A DNA stretch of 64,000 nt from Candidatus Latescibacterota bacterium. GTDB taxonomy: Bacteria > Latescibacterota > UBA2968 > UBA8231. The translations under genes were made by a program, and so were the position numbers. Positions 58,881-64,000 of the stretch are shown here, in pieces. Where the stretch lies: assembly GCA_965203175.1 (NCBI GenBank), contig OZ241867.1:384001-448000 (forward strand), written 5' to 3'. Each line of letters begins with the position of its first letter. Within the stretch, counting starts at the first letter, position 1. Below the pieces are notes generated by a model, which searched no databases, was not told the origin of the DNA, and saw only the letters and a program-made list of their open reading frames with translations.

Positions 58881-60365
58881 ATGCTCTATCGCAACCTGCT
58901 GCGCCACCAGTGGAAGGAGTTCATCCGCAACCCCTCTTGGAGTGGCATAAGCGTCGCCTACGCCATTTTTCTAGTTCTGCTAGCGCTGTACTTCCTGCTC
59001 GTCCTCGCCCTCTCGGGTGCCATGATCGGTCGTCTGCTAACTAGCCAAGATCCCGCAGCCGATGTCGTCCGCGTAGTCCATCAACACTTATTGAGCGGCT
59101 TCTTGCTCTTGTTCCTAGGCCGCTTACTCTTCCAAAACACGCCGCAGATAGCAATGGGTCCCTATCTTCACTTACCCATTCCCCGGCCCGCTCTAGTGCG
59201 ATTTTTCTCTTTCGCGGCCCTGTTCCACCTGCACAACCTATTGCCGCTGGCCTTCTTCATTCCGTTCTGGATAGTCAATCTAGCGCTAGATTACTCTGCT
59301 TTTACATCCCTGTCTTGGTTGGCGGCTATCGTGGCGGTTCTCGGTCTGTCCAACTACTTGGTCATCTGCGTCCGCTTAGTCTTGGCCAGACGCGCCTTGC
59401 CAGTCTGGATCTTGGGCGGTGGTACCTGCGGTCTAATCGCGTTGGATTCTTGGCAGCAATGGGGCTATACGGGCGCACTATCGAGCGCGGTATTCGACTC
59501 GTTACTGGGACCGGGCGGCCCTGTGTTGGCAGTGGCCTTGCTGGTGGCGACCGGCCTGCTCTTTGGCTTGACCTGTCGCTTGTTAAAGGACCATTTGCAC
59601 GACGAAGCCCCGTCTGAAAAAGGCTCTACTGCTCGGTCTCAAAGTCTACTTGACCGGCTAGCCGGTTTAGGTCCGGTGGGCCGACTGATGGCGCTAGAAA
59701 TTAAACTCGCGATCCGCAACAAGCGGCCCCGACAAATCCTGTGGTCTTCCCTGATGTTTGTGCCAATGGGGTTGATAAACCTCATGCTTTATACCCGTGG
59801 TTCATCCGACTCCACATTCCTCTACTATCTTTGGGGGTTCTTTCTCACTAGTGGTTTCGCGCTCAACTACGGTCAGCTCATGTTCGGTTGGGAGAGTCTT
59901 TATTTTGACGGCCATCTGGCCCGTCCGGTCCGTTTCCGCCACTTGCTATGGGCCAAACTATTGCTGCTGCAAGTTTCCTGCCCGGTATTGGCGCTAGTGT
60001 GCCTACCGTTCTTGCTGATCTTGACCCCCGAATCGCTCGTCACGTACAGCGTCTTTTTGCTCTACAATATTGGTTTCAGCACTGCTTGTATGCTGTTCTT
60101 CGCCACCATGAACCGCAAACGCCTTTATATCTCCCGTTCTTCATTTTTTAACCAGCAGGGCACCTCCCTGCACCATCTACTAGTCATCATTCCTTTGATG
60201 GCCCCGCCCTTAATCCTGATACTGACGACCGACTTTGGCCCGTTGGCTCTGGCTGTCGGCGGCCTGCTGTGCTGGGCACTCAGTCCTGTTTGGGTCCGCT
60301 TGTTGGCCTATCGGCTGCAAAAGTGCAAGTACCGCATGGCCGTCGGTTTTAGAGGGAGATCCTGA
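58881..60365 (+). CDS. DUF5687-like membrane protein (ABC permease)
   Basis: HQWK..RNP, YLHLPI, LEIKL..RNKR, YGQLMFGWES.YFDG. Confidence 0.75.
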   Translation: MLYRNLLRHQWKEFIRNPSWSGISVAYAIFLVLLALYFLLVLALSGAMIGRLLTSQDPAADVVRVVHQHLLSGFLLLFLGRLLFQNTPQIAMGPYLHLPIPRPALVRFFSFAALFHLHNLLPLAFFIPFWIVNLALDYSAFTSLSWLAAIVAVLGLSNYLVICVRLVLARRALPVWILGGGTCGLIALDSWQQWGYTGALSSAVFDSLLGPGGPVLAVALLVATGLLFGLTCRLLKDHLHDEAPSEKGSTARSQSLLDRLAGLGPVGRLMALEIKLAIRNKRPRQILWSSLMFVPMGLINLMLYTRGSSDSTFLYYLWGFFLTSGFALNYGQLMFGWESLYFDGHLARPVRFRHLLWAKLLLLQVSCPVLALVCLPFLLILTPESLVTYSVFLLYNIGFSTACMLFFATMNRKRLYISRSSFFNQQGTSLHHLLVIIPLMAPPLILILTTDFGPLALAVGGLLCWALSPVWVRLLAYRLQKCKYRMAVGFRGRS

Positions 60366-60367
60366 AC

Positions 60368-61075
60368 ATGCACCTACAAGTCCAAAATTTGCAAAAGCGC
60401 TACGGCTTGGCGACGGTCCTCGACCTGCCCGAACTCGATATCGACAGTAGTGCCAGCTTCGGCTTGGTGGGCAACAACGGCGCTGGCAAGACCACCTTTT
60501 TGCGCCTCGTCCTCGATCTGATCCGCCCAAGCGAGGGCCAGGTACTGCTCAACGGGCAAAACGTGGCCCAAGACGACGCTTGGAAGACCTGCACGGGGTC
60601 CTACCTAGACCCTAACTTCCTAATCGACTACCTGACGCCCGTGGAATACATCCACTTCGTCGGCAGTCTGTACGACATGAGCCCGATCCAGATAGACGAA
60701 AAGTGGGACCACTACCGCCCCTTTTTCGGCGATCAACCGCTCGACGGGAGCGAGTATATCCGCAATTTATCCGAGGGCAACAAGAAAAAAGTAGGGCTTG
60801 TCGCGACCTTGATGGTCGAGCCGCAGCTACTGGTACTGGACGAGCCTTTCGCCAATCTCGATCCGACGAGCCAAATCCGCCTCAAGGACATGCTGAAAAC
60901 CCTCGACCAAACCACCCATACTACGCTCGTCATCTCCAGCCACGATCTCAACCATATCACCGAAGTCTGCCGCCGGATTGCCGTCATTGAGCGCGGCGTC
61001 ATCGTGCGCGATATCAGCACGGCCCCGGATACGCTGCGGGAATTGGAGCACTACTTTGCCGTCGAGGAAACGTAA
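60368..61075 (+). CDS. ABC ATPase
   Basis: GNNGAGKT, LSEGNKKK, LDEPF, SSH. Confidence 0.9.
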   Translation: MHLQVQNLQKRYGLATVLDLPELDIDSSASFGLVGNNGAGKTTFLRLVLDLIRPSEGQVLLNGQNVAQDDAWKTCTGSYLDPNFLIDYLTPVEYIHFVGSLYDMSPIQIDEKWDHYRPFFGDQPLDGSEYIRNLSEGNKKKVGLVATLMVEPQLLVLDEPFANLDPTSQIRLKDMLKTLDQTTHTTLVISSHDLNHITEVCRRIAVIERGVIVRDISTAPDTLRELEHYFAVEET

Positions 61076-61107
61076 AAGGTGCAGTCGCCCTACTTCGCTG
61101 ATAAACA

Positions 61108-61140
61108 CAAAAAGGGACCTCGATTTGAGGTCCCTTTTTG
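61108..61140. terminator. Bidirectional intrinsic terminator
   Basis: CAAAAAGGGACCTC-GATTT-GAGGTCCCTTTTTG between convergent genes. Confidence 0.85.
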
Positions 61141-61162
61141 CTAACGCGCTGTTTAGTGGTTG

Positions 61163-64000
61163 CTACTTCAGCAGTAGCATCTTCTTGACTTCGCGGAACT
61201 CGCCGCCGGCCTGCAAGCGATAGAAATACATCCCCGACGACAAGCTGTGCCCACTGTCGTTGGTCGCGTCCCACTCCACCGCGTAGCGACCCGCACTCTG
61301 ATGCTCGGCAACCAGCGTCCGCACCGGCTGACCGAGGACGTTATACACAGCCAGCTCCACGTCCGCCGCCTGCGGCAACGCATACTGGATCGTCGTCGTT
61401 GGGTTGAACGGGTTCGGGAAATTGTCCACCAAGGCGAATGCTTCAGGCCGCGTCTGAATCACTGCCTTCGCCGCTCCTCCTGGGTCGCTCAGCGTGATCT
61501 CTACCTCGTCCCCGTCCAGCCCGTCAATCGTCCCGATCAGCCTGATGACCTCGTCGCCCTCCTCCAAGTTGTCGGCGACTGGGAGGAGGAGAAACCTTAC
61601 CGTCCCCGTTATCGAGCCGGCCGGAATCTCAATCCTAGGAGTAAATAGCGCGGCATAGTCCAAATCGCGCGTCGCCGTGGACTCGTTATCAATGGCCAAG
61701 CGCACGGTCGCGTCCTCATCCAACGCCTTGCCATCCAACGTGGCGGTCAACGCAATCGTGGTCAAAGAGGCATTTTCGTTTAACGCGTTCGGGTCCGCCG
61801 ACAGCCTAATGGACGTACTCGGCGCTTCGTCGTCCCTGATCTCGATGTCCGTCGATAGGGCCTCGCCTGTTGATACGAGCGTACCCTGCACACCCAAGGT
61901 CTTTAGGCCATCTTCATCATCGTTGTTGGTGGGAGTTATAGTCAGCGTTGTCGTCCCCTCGGTAGCACCGGCCGGAATGGTGATAAGCGCCTCCATTGTT
62001 GCCGTGTAGTCCACATCGCGCACCGCTTCCGTGCCACCACTTGGAGCCACAATAGTGAACCACACGTTCTCGTCAACTGTTACGGCGGCTTCCAAGATAA
62101 ACGTCAGCGAGATTTTCGTCGCCGCAGCGTCCTCGCGGATCACCGCAGGTGCCGCCGTCAACTCAGCGGCCATAACTCCAGATGCCTCAGCAGGATTGAC
62201 CGTGATGGAGAAAGTCAGCGTGGCCGTGACGCTGTTAGCGTCCGTCACTGTGTAAGTGATTCCAACCGCACCGTCGGTCGTTTCCGTCGGCGTGCCCCCA
62301 AGCATCCGCGTGGCCGCGTCAAATTCCAAGCCCACCGGCAACGCCGAGACGCTATACGTCAACTCGCCGGCACCGCCCGATGCCTCCGGCAGCATCCAAT
62401 CGGCTATCGCCGCATCAACCACGTACGTCTGGTCGTTGATCGAAGCACCTACTGCGAAGACCGGCACCGTTCCTGCCGCGGCTATGGTAATGGAGAAGGT
62501 CAGCGCGGCTGTGTCGTCGTCGTCGTCCGTCGCTGTGTAGGTGATTTCAACCGCACCGTCGGTCGTTTCCGTCGGCGTGCCCCCAAGCATCCGCGTGGCC
62601 GCGTCAAATTCCAAGCCCGCCGGCAACGCCGAGACGCTATACGTCAACTCGCCGTCGCCACCTAATGCCTCCGGCAGCATCCAATCGGCTATCGCCCTCC
62701 CAACCACATGTGTCTGGTCGGCGATGGCCGCGTCCGCAGCAAAGGAAGGCGCGCCACCCGCGCCGGTGTCTTGTAGCACTATATCCACAATGCCGACCGT
62801 CACCTTGGCTTCATCCCCGTCAGCATATCGGGTGATGATTTGATTGTTGGCGTACGGTACGGTCAGTCTGATGGTCTCGTCGGCCTCCACATTCTTGTCG
62901 TCAACAGGAGTGATGGTGATCGTCGTCGTCGCCGACACCGAGCCGGCCAGAATGATCAGGGGAGGGACTGTTGCCGTGTAATCTACATCGCGCGTCGCCG
63001 CCGCATCGTCATCATTCACCGCGCCGTCGCCATTAATATCCGCATCAATGGTCAAGAACACGACCACGTTATTGTCGAACACCTTCCCGTCCAACGTTCC
63101 GGTCACTGTCATAGAGGTCGTACCAGCCCCTTCGCTTATCGCGGTCGGCTCCGCCGTCAGCGAGATATTCATGCTATTCGTGTCGTCGTCGGCGATCGCG
63201 ATCGTTCTAGTCGCCAATACAGCACCGACCGTAATCTGTATATATATCGCCCCTCGCTGAGCCGCATCGGTGTCGTTCGTGGGGGTGATGGTGAACGTAG
63301 TCGTCCCCTCGGTAGCACCGGCTGGAATGGTGAGCGTCGGACCAAAGGCCAGCGTGTAATGCTCATCGCGCAGCGGAGTCTCCGTCACCGTATCGCCAGA
63401 CGGCAAAACCGCGCCAGTTGACAAAATCGTGAGATTCACCGTCTCGTCCTTGGCCGAGGCATCCGTCAAGGTAACTTTCAGCTCGATTGTCGTCTCACCA
63501 GCATCCTCGCGGATACTCTCTTGACTGAGCGTAATGGCATCGGCCGTGGCAACGATCCCCTTCTTTAGTGCTATATCCACAGGGTTGATCGTTAGCCCAT
63601 CGTCTGCAATCTGTATTCCCGGAGCGTCCGTATCAAAATCAAGAGATTCTACCCGAATCGTGCCAGGCAACTGGTTTTGGGGGGTGATGGTAATCGTCAC
63701 CATCCCCGACACCGCATTTCTTGGAATCGTCAGCGTCGCCAGTGTCACCGCGTAGTCCATATCGCGCTGCGCCTCGCGATTGTCCTCGGTCGCATCCGTT
63801 TGGTCGATATCACCATCGCCATCGGTATCAGTGTTGGGAACTTGCGTCAAGTCGGGATGATCGCCAATGACCAAGGCAAAACTCGTATCCTCGTTTAGAA
63901 CCTTTCCATCCAAGGTTGCCGTCACTGTGATATCGGTCTCATCATCGAACCTAGTTAGCTCGGCAATATCCACCGACAGCTTGATGTTTTGGCTAGCCTT
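61163..64000 (-). CDS. Large secreted/surface protein (5' partial) with Calx-beta/Ig-like repeats and a FlgD-Ig/T9SS-A-type C-terminus
   Basis: NFPNPFNP...SSGMYFYRL...KKMLLLK C-terminus; repeated ATRDxDY...IPAG modules; DxDGDG loops; frame open to the window edge. Confidence 0.85.
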   Translation of the reverse strand, partial: KASQNIKLSVDIAELTRFDDETDITVTATLDGKVLNEDTSFALVIGDHPDLTQVPNTDTDGDGDIDQTDATEDNREAQRDMDYAVTLATLTIPRNAVSGMVTITITPQNQLPGTIRVESLDFDTDAPGIQIADDGLTINPVDIALKKGIVATADAITLSQESIREDAGETTIELKVTLTDASAKDETVNLTILSTGAVLPSGDTVTETPLRDEHYTLAFGPTLTIPAGATEGTTTFTITPTNDTDAAQRGAIYIQITVGAVLATRTIAIADDDTNSMNISLTAEPTAISEGAGTTSMTVTGTLDGKVFDNNVVVFLTIDADINGDGAVNDDDAAATRDVDYTATVPPLIILAGSVSATTTITITPVDDKNVEADETIRLTVPYANNQIITRYADGDEAKVTVGIVDIVLQDTGAGGAPSFAADAAIADQTHVVGRAIADWMLPEALGGDGELTYSVSALPAGLEFDAATRMLGGTPTETTDGAVEITYTATDDDDDTAALTFSITIAAAGTVPVFAVGASINDQTYVVDAAIADWMLPEASGGAGELTYSVSALPVGLEFDAATRMLGGTPTETTDGAVGITYTVTDANSVTATLTFSITVNPAEASGVMAAELTAAPAVIREDAAATKISLTFILEAAVTVDENVWFTIVAPSGGTEAVRDVDYTATMEALITIPAGATEGTTTLTITPTNNDDEDGLKTLGVQGTLVSTGEALSTDIEIRDDEAPSTSIRLSADPNALNENASLTTIALTATLDGKALDEDATVRLAIDNESTATRDLDYAALFTPRIEIPAGSITGTVRFLLLPVADNLEEGDEVIRLIGTIDGLDGDEVEITLSDPGGAAKAVIQTRPEAFALVDNFPNPFNPTTTIQYALPQAADVELAVYNVLGQPVRTLVAEHQSAGRYAVEWDATNDSGHSLSSGMYFYRLQAGGEFREVKKMLLLK
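62256..62696 (-). repeat. Intragenic near-identical repeat (62256-62411 vs 62541-62696), putative Ig modules
   Basis: About 156 bp copies with a few mismatches, 285-bp period. Confidence 0.9.

Noticed and set aside
62256-62696. DGR template/variable repeat pair
   Set aside because: The mismatches are not adenine-specific, both copies are in-frame domains, and there is no reverse transcriptase in the window. The same applies to the 296-bp and uxuA repeats.

Overview
High-GC bacterial chromosomal segment. The gene content (many Gfo/Idh/MocA and PhyH enzymes, a sulfatase, uxuA paralogs, a FlgD/T9SS-type C-terminal surface protein, a Gld-like ABC system) resembles FCB-group or Latescibacterota-like sponge or marine bacteria; this taxonomy is inference only. 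The backbone is catabolic: a phosphonate cluster (Zn-ADH, phnA, FAD oxidoreductase), a UGA-selenocysteine selD with a SECIS-like hairpin, aroG, tandem uxuA, a MetE-like enzyme and ABC systems. The region 11.9-25 kb is an accessory hotspot. It holds two integrase-free, single-gene, lower-GC cassettes, each bracketed by a duplicated piece of the host target gene: a 296-bp repeat around a HEPN-like/NB-ARC/TPR gene, and a 64-bp replaced 3' end around an ABC exporter. It also holds an intact IS5, an internally deleted IS982 and two TnpB elements. For one TnpB element the exact ends, the TAM (CCCT) and a TAM-altered genomic self-target can be read from the sequence. A second small defence-like patch (XRE, AlbA_2/HATPase, HNH) lies at 40.1-42.9 kb. 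No rRNA, tRNA, CRISPR array or integrase was seen.
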